DNA of 63,817 nt, the filler included, from Reticulomyxa filosa (Eukaryota; Protista; Foraminifera): assembly GCA_000512085.1 (NCBI GenBank). It is 13 parts of 13 records of this genome, joined end to end, with 100 filler letters (N's around TTAATTAATTAA, not from the genome) between each part and the next. Parts side by side here need not be neighbours in the genome. Positions count along the whole stretch, not along the records: positions 1 to 18,564 come from ASPP01007596.1; 12 more parts are not named here. One strand, given 5' to 3'. Under the pieces are notes generated by a model that searched no databases, had not been told where the DNA came from, and worked only from the letters and a program-made list of their open reading frames with translations. Position 1 is the stretch's first letter; every line of letters starts with the position of its first letter. The translations under genes were made by a program, and so were the position numbers. This document shows, one piece after another, positions 1 through 13,270 of this stretch.

Positions 1-92
1 CGTTATTGTTTATTTTCGTTTTTTTTTTTTTTTTTTTTTTTTTTTGACAAGACAATAGTTTCATTATATTAATATAAATTTGGACTTGACAG

Positions 93-874
93 AAAATATT
101 GCAATTGCCGGTGAACCCTCGCATAAAGCTTGTGGACTTTGGGAGCGCAGTGTATGAGCCAAAGTATGACCCAGAAAATGAAGCGTCATGGAAATTTCGA
201 GATGGATATAATTATTTAATTCAGACACGACATTATCGTGCCCCAGAAGTTGTATTGGAAATGCATTGGAAAAAGCCAGTGGATGTATGGTCCATTGGTT
301 GTATCATTTTGGAGTTTTTACATGGCTCGATGATATTTAACACTCATTGTTCAATCGATCATTTAAATCAAATGCAATCCCTGCTCGGCTCCATTCCTCA
401 CAAATTCATTTCCTCGACACCGAGTCACAAATTCAAGGAACTATTTGATCCCGATACGCTGTGTTTGAAAATGGAGCAGGCCAACCAAAGTCGTGCTCAA
501 GCAAGGCATCTTGAAGTTTTCTTTTTATATTCTATTTGAAACTAATGCGACATATCTATTCTTTTTTTTTTTCGCATCCTTAGACTTATTTTGATTTTAA
601 TAAGTTGGAACACATCAATTTATATGACTTGGTAAAACGAATGCTACGATGGCTTGCGAGTGATCGTATCACAGCCAAGGAAATAATGCAGCACCAATAT
701 TGGATTGTTTCTGATCCAGTTTATAAGCAACGACTCTTATTAACTCATCAACAATTGTCATCTCCTGCACCTCCGATGGTTCAATTTCAATCCGTTCCAC
801 TTCAGCTCCCATTTCAGACACAAGGAGTCACGGAAAGAACTATTCTCACTACAACTCTACCTTCGCAAAAATAA
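93..874 (+). CDS. CLK/LAMMER-like CMGC protein kinase, C-terminal part (5' exons outside window; intron ~516-583)
   Basis: IKLVDFGSA, IQTRHYRAPEVVL, DVWSIGCI and HLNQM (LAMMER-equivalent position). A GT..AG intron 516-583 joins ORF 99-539 in frame to ORF 605-874 (LYDLVKRML..RITAKE). Confidence 0.85.
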
Positions 875-1775
875 TCTCTCATTTCCACGATGACAGGTTA
901 TGTTTGTAATATAACATCAACATTTCAAACGCAATCCCCAAATTTTTGTTTTTAATATATTCAGTATTGTTTTTGTACAGTTAATTCACTTCTTGGTTTG
1001 TTTTTTTTTTTTGCATTTTGGTATTTAATTTTTCTAACATGATGGGCAGTCATCCTTTTAAAATAAAATTTTTTATGTAGAATTATATTAACCCTTGTTT
1101 GGAGAAGCTTTTTCGTTTGGAATTGAGAGGAGTACGACTCAAAACCTTTGGTTTTGTTAAATTTTTTTAGTCTAAGAAATGAGTGCGTGTATTATGTTTT
1201 TTAAGAAAAAGGACAAGAGAAAATATTAAACATTTTGAATAAAAATGTAATTTTGTTTGTTTGTGTTTAATTTTGTTTGAATGTTCTCTCTTCTTTCTTA
1301 TGAAAATATAGAAACCAAGTTGGCGGTGTTTTGTCTAGTTTTCTTTGTATTTTCTTGTTTGCTTATTTGTGGATCTTCCTTCTTAATGCTTATATTTTTA
1401 TTAGTCAAACCAAAACAGATTAATTACTTTGCAACGCTTAATAAAGAAAAGCAGGCACTACTTTGTTTTCTTCAGCCAATGGTGTATTATGGCCGCTGAC
1501 GAAAAAAGTTTTTCAAATTTTAAAATTATATCGCGGAGACATGCCAAACAGAGAACCTTTCACAGTGGCATTAAAAATGTTGCAGATTAAGGATTATTTT
1601 TTATGAAATCAATACTTAACCAAATTTTACAGCATATCCCCTAATTAAATAGGATTCAAAACGAATAATGATTAAATAAGTAAACTAATTGATATATTTT
1701 ACCATTGCATCATTTTTCAGTTCAATTTACTTTTTTTTGCAGATTCGGATTTTATAGGATAAAATATTTGTGTTA

Positions 1776-4700
1776 TTATGAAAATTTTGGAGTATCTGTA
1801 AATCTTTGGCCTTTTTCCAATCGATCAGCGATCATTACCAAGTGTCTAATTTAATAAGGCATCAGGCAGATTTCTTTAACTGTTAAAGCCAAAGTTATAC
1901 ACAAACAAGTCACTTAACTTTTCAAACTTGGAAATATCCTTCAATTTTCCAAATTCATGCTGAGCAATTTTGGATTCTTTTAGTGACTTTGCTAATGTAG
2001 TTCGCAAGAGGTAAACCATCCCGGCTTCTACTTGTTCTTCCCATCCCTTAGTAGATTTATTTGAGAAACGAACACAAAGAGACGTTGTCCGAATAAGTTA
2101 AAATTAAACTGTTTGTCACATACTTCGATTACTTCACATTTCAAGTTAGGAATTAACAGGTGTAATTGTAATAACAAATTATTTGTTTTGTCCATGGGAA
2201 TGATGCGTCTGAGCAAAGAATATACTGAGATGATAGATAATGAATAATCACATTAAAAAAGGAAAAAGAGATAACTGTAGCAAAATGTGCAATAGCCTTG
2301 TTGACGCAGCTAAGTCTCGAAAAACACTTTCATGTTGTAGCAGCAAGTTTTTCAATTTGGAGCCATTTTCGAGGACTTTAGTATATGTTTGTTCTAACAA
2401 TATATCCATCTATAATGAGACACAAACAGGATTGATTTTAATGAATTGTTAGTTCAATTGAGTCATACACGATAGTCATTTAAGCATTATTTAAAAAATA
2501 CGAAATAACAAAAACTTTACGCGAACTTTGTTCATTGGAGCTGGATTTTTGTCACGGTATCGAGCAAGAAGTCGCTTTTGAATTAACTTGAATTGTGTCG
2601 ATAACTGTTCCAATTTCGATTCTGTGTCTGCAATTTCTTGTTTTAGCTTTGTGTTGTCAGTATTTATATTGCACATTCATACAGTAAATTCGCTGGATAA
2701 TTTTTTTATTCCTTTGAAATCAAATGAGAAAAAAGGCAAGCGAGTCACTCCAAGCTGTAACTTTCCATTTTGATCTCAATATTTCAAAGTACGTTGTAAA
2801 GGGTAGCTGTTTTTCTTTGATTGTAATGTTGCATTTGCTTTTATTGGAATTGTCTACAGTCGTGGATAACATTTCCAAGCGCGTGATCAATTCCTCAACA
2901 ACAATCCATAATGATGAAAAATCAGCAGATTGGACTCGGAAACGGCCTACAATACATGTGATTATTTTCTACACATGGGCTGCAACGAAGAGGTATAACA
3001 AAAGGTAAAAAGGAAAGAAATCTCACAAACCTCCCTTTTTTGACAATATCAGTGTGACATCTTGCTGTTTGCCTTCAACAATGAAACTCAATACATCTGG
3101 TGTTTTGCGTATTTCTTGCTCATCTGGTATTAAATCATCAAATAATTTGATTGGTGTTGGCGGACATGCGCCCAACATCTCGATCGTGACCTTTTCATTT
3201 TTAAAAAATTTATTTTTTGTTACAGCTGAACATTTTTGTTTGTTCAACATACATAATGGTTGGTATTTTTTACGGCAGGAATTGGACGCACAGCAAGGGA
3301 AAAAGGTAAATCGAATCGTGTTTGCACAACTTGCATTTTCCCTTCGTAATTTTGATACGTTGCAAAAACATCGCATTGGCGTGTGCTGAAAGTATTATTT
3401 GTTTACTGTGTTTTAAACAGGAAAAAATTATACAGATACGTATAAAATTGTTTGATTTTTGTAACTAAGGAAGCTTTGATTTGGAACAAAAGAATGTAAT
3501 TTCAAAAGATTGTTCTTTGATTGAAGAATCTGCAAAATTTGTGGCATTTGTTGTAAAAAGGAAAAATGAAAATGAAGGATATAAAAAGTGAAACCAAAAA
3601 CCAAACTCATTTCCTCAATGCAAAATTGTGTTTGATAAGCCGGAAAAGCTTCGTCAGATTGCAGATGAATTTGTACATTTAGCAATGGCTCGGATTTGGG
3701 ATCAGGGGAGTTATATTTGACAACCAATTGCCTTTCACACATTTGACAGCATTCAAACTGACGGATACAAAATCATCCACGAAATGCGAGGGCACCTTTG
3801 AGGACTGGAACACAAAGCAGAAACAGTATTCGTTTTGCGCAGAGAATTTAATATTGTAAATATATTTTTTTTGCACAAAAGAGTCATTACGTCACTGCAA
3901 TGGTTGTGATATGTTTTGAACATTCAATAGATAACTCAAGATGCTCTTTCGCGCCGAACGTGGCATCTATTCAACAATGAAACACGTTTTTGCTAGAATT
4001 CCTCTTTATGTTATCAAATCACTTAACTCTTTTCCAACTCTTTGATTGTTTTTTTAATTTGTTTCATTGCGTTTTGCGCTTTGTTATAATCGAACGACTG
4101 CTGATCAATGTGCACAGGAACGTATCCTGTTGGATTTGTGCCGAGATATCCAATCACTAGCTTTCCTTGGTCGCTCAACAACACCTGCATTCCAGGCACA
4201 CGACTGTTACGTATATAAACACATTGGCCACTTATAATATCAATTAGGACTTATTTTGTTTTGTACTCAACTCGAAAACACCAATTCGAATATCAATTGG
4301 AGAAAAGTCCAAATGGGCTTCCCAAACTAGTTTGCACTGACTATAAATGTGTATGGAATTTTGAAAAGATCCGATGATAATGTTCTGGTATCCATTCGTC
4401 TCTATTTATTTACGTGTTTAATTTTAAATCAAACAGACAAAAGGTAAGCATTTCAATATGAAGACGAGATGATAGACAGCAACTTTCTGGAGACGGCGGG
4501 TATGTACAAATAGTGGAGGGATCATAATCGAGTTTATGCTCCCATCTTATCATTCCCGATTGCGAAACGGCAAAAACATTTCGCAAGCACAAAGCAATGA
4601 TATCTTCCTGTAATCGTGTGGAATGATATTGCTTTCGTCATTTGCCACACGTTTTTAAAAGCGACAAAATAGAAGATAAAAGAATAATTTTTGTTTAAAC

Positions 4701-5743
4701 CTGTTTGGAAGGAATGTCGGGTGTAAATCGACAGCACGCCATTGCAATGCATCGATCACCTAAATTCACACTCCAACTTTTCTGAGCATTTTTTCCCTGT
4801 TCTTGGGACACATTTTCGCCCTTTGATTCGTCCAACGACTGATTCGTGTTTGGGGGTTGAGTCACGCTGTTTTGACCGGCGGACATGGCCTCGTATCTGC
4901 AACACGAAAAGCATTGCCGTGTTTTCAGTTATAAGGAGAGTGCTTCGATTTTGCACTCGACAACACACTCGAAACACCAAACTTGTAACAATACAGCTTC
5001 ATATCTGCAGTAGTGTTCAATATGCAATCGTTACTGGCAATGTAGACCATTACTCCCGGTAACACAAAATTACTCCAATCTCTTGAAAACGCCAGCATCT
5101 CTCTTTCGAACATCCAAAATCGACCATCCATCGATTGCACACAGATACTGTCTTGACGTATATTGTCCGAATGGTCTGTGGAGTTTGTGTATCATCACAT
5201 TGGTACGACTGGGTATACACAAACATTTGCTTAGAAAAAAAAAACCCAACGTTTTTTGCCAAAAGGTCCATAAATCATGTTATAAGCACTCCGCTCAAGT
5301 ATGTGTTTATACTGCAATTTCAATTCATAATACTGCAATTGGTCGCTAACAGAACTGATCGGTGTGATCAAGTACACGCAAAGCTCTTTGGGATGCAAAA
5401 TAGCCAAATACAATCGCGGATCATTACTAACAACAAACAGAAAGCATTCACTCGTTAAAAAAATTCCCTTATCTTCACAAACTCCACTTAACGACACAAA
5501 ACCTCCAAGTGCTATTTGACAAATTGGAGCTCCCATGTTTTCTTCAAAGACCAAATGCTCTACATTGTATCCCTTGGTTTCTGGTGCAAAGATCCGAATA
5601 AGACCTTCCAATGATGCAGTCACAAGTTTTTCTTTATTTTCTGGATTGTTGTCAGCGTTTCCAACCACTAAATGATTGCTATCGTATTCTTCATTATTTG
5701 AAGGGCTATGTTGCCACCAACTTCGAACTTGAAACAGGGACAT
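1776..5743 (-). CDS. BBS9: BBSome subunit BBS9/PTHB1, multi-exon
   Basis: N-terminus MSLFQVRSWW..EEYDSNHLVVGNADN..LVTASLEGLIRIF, then DSICVQSMDG, QFKLIQKRLLARYRDKNPAP, GWEEQVEAGMVYLLRTTLAK and HLVMIADRLEKG. All match conserved PTHB1 segments. ATG at 5743, TAA at 1776. Confidence 0.93.
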
Positions 5744-6113
5744 CAATAACACAGATCAATCGATAACAGCTGGACAGTGCAAGATGACGCACTGGCTTTT
5801 TTCCTTTGTTACTGACCCTTGTGAAAACTAATCTTTATTCATTTCACTTACAAAAAAGCATGACTCTTGCATCAAAATATTTTAATTAGGATATGAACGA
5901 TTTCTCAAGTTTTTTTAAAATTGGAATTTGACATATCACTTAGTATGGAAAGAAAAGTGTGATCATTTGCAATCTGAACGTCAACTAAAAGAAAATGTTA
6001 AAATGAGAGAATAAGTAATCTTTTAGCCCAACGAGAACTCAGAGAAAAACAAACTGACTGCATTGATATTATTTGTTATCCTTCCTTATTCTCCCTCGAC
6101 TCAGACCATTGTT

Positions 6114-9100
6114 TTATGACGATATGTCAACTCGTACTGTTGGCACTTCAACATCCTCGTCAGTGGCAGAATTTGTCAAACTTACTTCAAACATCAAATA
6201 TTTTTTCTCGGCTGGGACTGGTTCACCGGAAACAGCTTCGACCAATTTTCTCAATTTGGCTTCTTTTCTTTTCTCTTTTTTGTCCTCGCTATGGAAAAAT
6301 GCATACAAAATGGCGCTGCCATAACTTAACATGGTTAGTTCCAAGCCCCATTGTTGTTCAAAATATTCCATTAGGTCTTTCAATCTCATATTTTTGCCAT
6401 TATCAATTTCAATTTTGTCCCAAAGCGAATAACTCCAATCGTTCTCTTTGACCTTAATTGTTTTCTTTCCACAAGGTGCGGGTTCACTCATGGCATACAG
6501 TGGTACTGCCAAATTGGCATATGCATTGCGAAAATCTTCAATCACTTTACTAGGTTGCAATAATTTGTAAAATTCAAAAGAAATGAGACCAGTCACCAAC
6601 GCAGTCGTGGTTGCAATTGCAGGGATAATTTTACCAGCAATGCCTTTTGTCTCGTGTTTGTTGCTCTCTTTGATTTTGTAATTACGTGCCCTCAAATTGC
6701 TGCACGCAGTGACGTAGTCCATGTGAAAGTTTGTATCATCGTCTTTTTCGAAGTCAATGGCATTAAGGCGATAGCCGCTTAAATCGGATCTCTTTGGAAG
6801 CGATTTTGTTAAACGTTGGACTTGCTCGTCATAATCATCAGTTGGAGAGCTTTTTTCTTTCATCTCTTTGGCTTCCTCGTCATTTGCAGCGATTTTGACA
6901 TTCTTTGGTTGAAATTTCGGTACTTTTGTCTTTTTTTTTTTTGGAAAAAAAAGGCATTTTTGATTAACAAGTTTTAAGATGAATGTAAAGACTACAAATA
7001 AATAAGCAAAGGCTAAAAATAATAATTCAACTTCTCGCAAGGCTTTGGAGATAACATTTTCATCAGTGGTTCCTTTTAGCCCATATACTTGTGCTCTCAG
7101 ATTGCTCGCAGCTACAATATATTGATAATGAGTTGAATCTTTTTCATCAAAATCCAATGGATCAGGTGCTCGCTTTGGTCCACTCCAGAATGGTACTCCA
7201 TCGTTTGAAACTGAGTCCTTTGGAAAATTGTACAATAATTGGTTAATGCGATGGTTGTATTCTTTCTCGAATTTCAAACGTGCCCAGTGAACACAATCTT
7301 CAAATTTCAATGGTTTATCTGTGATCAAGTATTCATACAAATTTTGTAACGTTGCCAATTCGTTGCTGTTGTCTTTGCCCAGTTCAGTCAAATACTTGTC
7401 CTCTGATACGTAGCGATTAACCTCTTGCGGTACTGATTTGAATGTGCCTTCAAAATCATCTCGTGCCCATTGAATCGTGTGTTCAATTTTATTTGGAAAA
7501 TTTTTGAGTGTGCAAATAGGAATATCTTTTTCTGGAGGGTCACGAGTGCTGCCATAAGACTCAGTGAGTGATGGAACAACAATCTGAAAACAAAAAATTT
7601 ATTGCAGATTACCGGTTTGTTTTTCTTTTTGTAAAGACAAACACTGATATGAAATATAGAAATCTACCTGAGTGTTTCCTTTGGTACCCAAAGTACCACT
7701 TTCCAACAATGGCTTTTTGTAATTGACACACTGGGCATCCACATACAACCGTGCCTGCACATTATCAAGTGCGGTACACACACTAGTTAAATTGGACCAG
7801 AAAAAGTCATTGTAAATCACCTCAGTTTGCTCACCAACACGGTTTTGTTGAGGTGTAATTTTCATATCGCTGTTCATCACTTTGGCAGCGTCGGCCGCTG
7901 TGATTGATTTAGGATTTCCAACATCTTTGGTGCGGAATAAAAATTGACGATTCAAGTTTGATGTTTCAATGGTGTCCATATCGGTCACCCATATTTTCCC
8001 TTCTTGCCCACAGCCGACACCCATCAATGCCCAGTTTTTCAGCATTTCACATCCAATGGCACCGGCACCGACCAGGAACATTCTATACGAAACAGTCCAA
8101 ACAAAGACTCGTTTTTAATAAAATTCTGGCATCTCTTTTATTACACTTTGTTTTTCAAAACTTGGCGTTCAATACTTTTTCTTGTAAATCTTTGCCAAAC
8201 ACTGCAATGTTGTCATCATAACGGCAGTGAAGTGGAGCATACTGTGTCAAGGGAACATCGGCACTAGGAAGAGCCTCAAAGGCGTCAAAGTAAAGAATTT
8301 GGTGGATTGGTGAAAATTTACCAGTGCATGCCTTCAACACTTCTTGACCTACCACTCCTCCTAAAAACGCGGCCATTGGATTTATTACGGCGCTGCTGCA
8401 TCTGTTTATTAGATGAATGAAGTGAGAGACAAAAATAAAGAATAAAAGCAGCACTTATTATGTACCATAACAATAAAAATTACCTTGCCAGTCCAAATAA
8501 AATCTTTTCATTCAAAGAAGATTTTCCTTCCTCCGCGTTTTCAATTTCTTTTGCTTTTTGAACCACAGCATTGGCATCTTCCTCAGAAGTTGGATGTGGA
8601 AAGCGTCCATTTTTTTGTCTAAACGCACACAATGCCTGTGTTTATCCAATGTAAAAAAACAAAAAAAGACAAGTCCTTTGTTTTTATCAAATAACAAAGA
8701 GGAAAAAAAAAATTATGCACTTGATAAAAAATGTGACGTTGGCCACAATCCTTAGTGAAATCGGACATTAAAAAGGATGGTGTTTTAAGTTGATCTTGCA
8801 GTCTGCTAAAGGCTATTCGTTTTGGTTTTTTGACTTGGAAGTATAAACCTTCACCTTTGTATTCACTAAAAGAGCTAGTATCATCAATTTCAAAAGTGAA
8901 CGGTGTCAAGAATTTGATTTGAACCGCGTCACGATTATTCAATTCTGTCATGCCTTTGATTTCCTCAAATCTCACCCAATCTCCAGTTTCGAGTCCGTGT
9001 CGTTGATCTTCGTGTACTTGGACAACAGCAGGAGAAGCCTTTTCTCACACCAAAAAACGCTTCCATGAATACCATTTTTGTTATTTTCAACAAAAAAAAA

Positions 9101-9950
9101 AAAGGGGACTAAAAAAAAACAAGTAGTCAAATGAATAATAAAAAAAAACTTTAGATATGTGCGTAATCATTCCGCTTTGCGGTTGTTCGCCATTGTCGTC
9201 ATGAATAATAAATTCATCCCCGAAATCCACAAAAACAAAACCAAAAACGCCCAACCCCTCGGTGGCAATGAATTGATTCCCAGTTCATAACAAATGCTTC
9301 CATACTTGATTTGATCTTCCAATGGATAATTGACCAACACAACCACTTGGAAATCACTCTCTTGCAACAGGCGTGGCGAGAGTTCCTTCCCGATGTTCGT
9401 CACTGTCACGTGGCGGTTCAATTCTTGAAGCTGATCGACACAAGCGCTGGCGCGGGTTCGATGGTTTTTGATATCTGATTCTTTCAAGTAAAATTGCGAG
9501 GATAAATCATTCATTGAAACGATTGTCTCATCCAATATTGACACCTTTTTTATTCCCGCCAATATTACATTTTTCGCTGTTCGTTTTTGTTGGTTATTTT
9601 ATAATCCAAAGTAAACTTCAATTGGAATTGTTCTGGAACAAACACAACAAAAAAATTTTGCATCATGCGAAATTCCAATATTTTGTTACCTATCTCAACG
9701 CCTATTCCGTTCATTCCAACAATTAAAACTTTGGAGTGCTGCATTTGCTTCATTGCTTCTATACCCATCACGTACAGTTGTCGACTGTACAATTTTTCAT
9801 CTACTTCATCTGCATTTCCGCTTGAGGTCTTATGTATTTATTGCAATTTTTTGGTATGTTTTTGTAGACTTGACCGTTAAGCAGTTTTTGTAAACAAACT
9901 TTTTCAGATGTCATTATGACATCTCCATCCTTGTCTTTAATTGTGGACAT
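6114..9950 (-). CDS. UBA1: Ubiquitin-activating enzyme E1, multi-exon (probable 1-nt sequencing frameshift ~9273)
   Basis: [10 protein letters not shown], second adenylation domain [25 protein letters not shown], catalytic Cys motif [21 protein letters not shown] (~7460-7525), [33 protein letters not shown] and a C-terminal UFD. Confidence 0.97.
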
Positions 9951-10341
9951 TCTTTATCGATATATTGACCAAGCAAAAGCAAATTTCTTTAAATAAAAAC
10001 AATGGATTCTGAGTTCTCTTTGTTCAAAAAAAAGAAAGAAAAAGGAAAACTTTGGGAACTGGCTCAATCCAGGAAGTTTCTGTGTTTGTTAAGCTGCGCA
10101 CAGTTTCATACAACAACTTCTGCAAATCTGTCGAATGCATTTCAAAAAGGAATTGTCAAATGTCTTGAAACATCATCTAATATACAGCTTCGATAGATAA
10201 CAATCTGCCGTGTCGCAGAAACCATTTTGATTCAATTTAAAAGGAACATTATTCCTTTCTACTTTTCAAAAATTGAAAGGGTCTGTAGCAAAAAGGATTT
10301 GTTGGGCAGCAATCCATAGCATATATTACAAAAAATCAAAA

Positions 10342-12628
10342 ATGGCTCATCGTAGTGGACTTCTTGCTTATGCACACAGTTCAGGAAATTGTGCAAATAT
10401 TCAATAACTAGGTTGATATTGGTTAAAACAAAACACAACAAAAAAAAAAGTGGGAGCGGTAATAACGGAAGATGTGCGAAAATATTTAACAACGTTGCGA
10501 GAAAATTTATTCGGTGGTGATGTGAAGGCAATATACAACTCTTACCAGGAGTTTGAAGATATAACAGAAAAGACGTTCAAGGTCTCCCAATGGCCGGTGG
10601 ATGGTGCGGTTATCAAAGCGTTGACTGTTGATCGTAAGTAATGTTTGTCTTTCTTTGTGACTAACCTTTAATTTTAAAAAATGTGCACAAACAATCATAG
10701 CATCTCAAGCTTCGGATAAGCTATTTCTATTCTTATATCGTGAATTATATCACAGACATTGCTTTGAGCGATGTGAAATAACTCGGGATAATACTGTAAA
10801 CACATTTGGAAGCTCTTGGCAAAATTACATTAATTTGTTTAATTATTTTATTGCCTGTGGTGACAATAGCGAAAAGGACAGTAGTGAAAATAACAAATTG
10901 CCGGATATTCCAAATACTTGGTTGTGGGACATCATCAATTCTTTTATTTCACAATTCCAATATTTTCATAATTGGAGATTCAAACCTGAAAATGTTAAAT
11001 TTTTGCAAAAAATTCTTACGAATACCAAAGAGAAACAGAGATTTCAATCAGTTCAGTTTTCTATTTTTCGGTCGTCATATAAATATTTTTCTACACTCTC
11101 ATCTTGCAATTGATAATTACCCATTTTAAAAAAATTATTTTTTTTCACAATGCGATTTCTCGTAACTACTTTTTGTAATTGCGAGAATAAAGATGTGGAA
11201 TGTCCAACAAGTATTGCGTTATTTGCATGTGTTGGTGGGAGTTGCACGAATTTCTTTACGACACAACGCACCGATAAGCGAAGAAGACTCATTAATTCCG
11301 GTGTCAAACACATTGCGAATGGTGGGTTTCTTTTCACTGATTGGGCTGTTGCGAGTGAATACAATGATTGGAGACTATAGAACTGGATTGGAAACGTTGG
11401 ATCCATTGGACTTGAGAAGAAAAGTTTTGTAAATATATTTTCATGGCCTCAACGTGACGAATTCAATCACGTTGCGTTTTGTATTTTATTTGTTAGAGTG
11501 CACTGACCCGAATCGATACATGCTATATTACCGCACAATATCATTTGGCTTTTTGCTATTTGATGACAAGACGCTGGATTGACGCTCATCACACACTTAC
11601 AAGTATATTACAAAGATATCAACGCAAAGCATGGCAATTGGGCAGAAAACCAAGAAAGCAACAAGAAGAAGAATTAACTGAACAAGATATTTACATTGAT
11701 TTATACTTGTCCAGAGATGCCTTATTAGAAAGAAGTTACGCGTTGTTGGCTGTTGCCCATGCGCTGGTACCAAGAAAATTAGACGAAAAATTAATTGGTG
11801 ATCCATTAGAAGAATTATTCAGTCGCGAAATGAGCCGAATAAAAGATGGCAACGAAGAAACACGCAAAGAATCATTCGAGTCACTATTTTCTAAAGGATG
11901 TCCAAATTTGATTAATGTAACTGATCTATTACCTGATCAAGATAATACTGCGCAAGGAGAAGACGTATGCATTTACATATTCGTTGTTTGTGTTTTATTT
12001 ATCTGAAAAAAGGGATTTGTGTGAAAGGTAAATCACTCAACTATTCTGTGCAAAAAAGGCTCTGGTCGCTTATCAATTTGAAGCTTTTTATCGTACTCTA
12101 CAAAATCGAGATGTATCACGATACAAAGAAGAGTTAAAACTTTATTGTACTATTCCTGTGTCGAAATTGTCAGAGCAAATCCGTACTTATTATTCTATAT
12201 CGTCACATCCAACGGTGGAAGAATCGCAAGAACAATCAGATGCAAATGAGACAGCAACTGCGAGCGAATCAAAAACAGTGGAAACTGAAATACAACCCCA
12301 AGGCACTGGAAGTACATTGGCCCAATTAAACAAATCAAGGGAACAAACGACCTCAAATTGGAATGAAGTTAATCCGAAGGAAATAAGTATTGAAGAATTT
12401 CAGCGACAGCTTTTGCAATTAAAATTGAGTATGCGGCAATTCAAAAGAATTGATGCAACTTCAAGTGCAGGAGAGTGGAGCTCTGATTCCAATTTTGATT
12501 TTTATATTGAAGATGATATAGTCCATGTTATTGAAACCAAAACTGACCGTTTGTACAAGTATTCAAATCAATTTCTGAAACAGATCCGACAACTGAACGA
12601 TTGGATGGAACAATACAATTTGACATAA
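10342..12628 (+). CDS. EIF3L: Eukaryotic translation initiation factor 3 subunit L, multi-exon (start approximate)
   Basis: FYSYIVNY/LYRELYHRH region, WLWDIINSFISQFQYF, MWNVQQVLRYL, VGFFSLIGLLRVNTMIGDY, FCYLMTRRWIDA, LKLYCTIPVSKL and FDFYIEDDIVHV. Canonical GT-AG introns link the ORFs. Confidence 0.9.
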
Positions 12629-13270
12629 TCAATTTGCTGAAGAAAAGAATAACTTGAGGAGAAAGAAACAAACGTGTTTTATGTGGATTAGATACATAGA
12701 TGATTTATTTATAAACCAAACACAGTTTGGATTTTGTTAGTTGTTACAAATTTTCTTTCATGTGTTTGAGATTATCATTCCAAAGTCAACAAGGGCGGTA
12801 AGTTTCTTGGAAATTTGTTGCTACTTTTTTTTTTTTGGAAAGTGAGTTTTTGATACTATCTCGTATCGCAGACCTCATAAAATCAATTTGGCAACTGTCG
12901 AATAAATCTCAAAGACAATATAAGGTCAGAAATCGTAATATTGACACAATTGGTCTCTTTCATTTGGTTTAATAAAAGTTTCAAACATTCAGGAATAGTT
13001 TTGCATCAAATCTAACGGCAAGCCGGCCGTTTGCTTCGTGCTAATTAAGTGTGAAAAAATGGACTTTTTGGTAACAGTTGAGATTTTGATATATTTTAAT
13101 GATCTGATCATATTTTCATGCAAAAAGACTACTTATTACAAAATTCTTACTTAAAAATAAACAATTCGCTTAGAAATAAAACAGCAACTGCAAAACTTAT
13201 TCACTGTCAAATGAAAACAGACAACAAATTAATAACATCGGCTACAAACATGCTGTGTTCATTTGATTTT

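Noticed and set aside
1281-1499. Short hydrophobic ORF, and many similar F/L/K-rich or antisense ORFs in the track
   Set aside because: These arise from T/A-rich UTR or intron sequence, or from the reverse strand of real genes.
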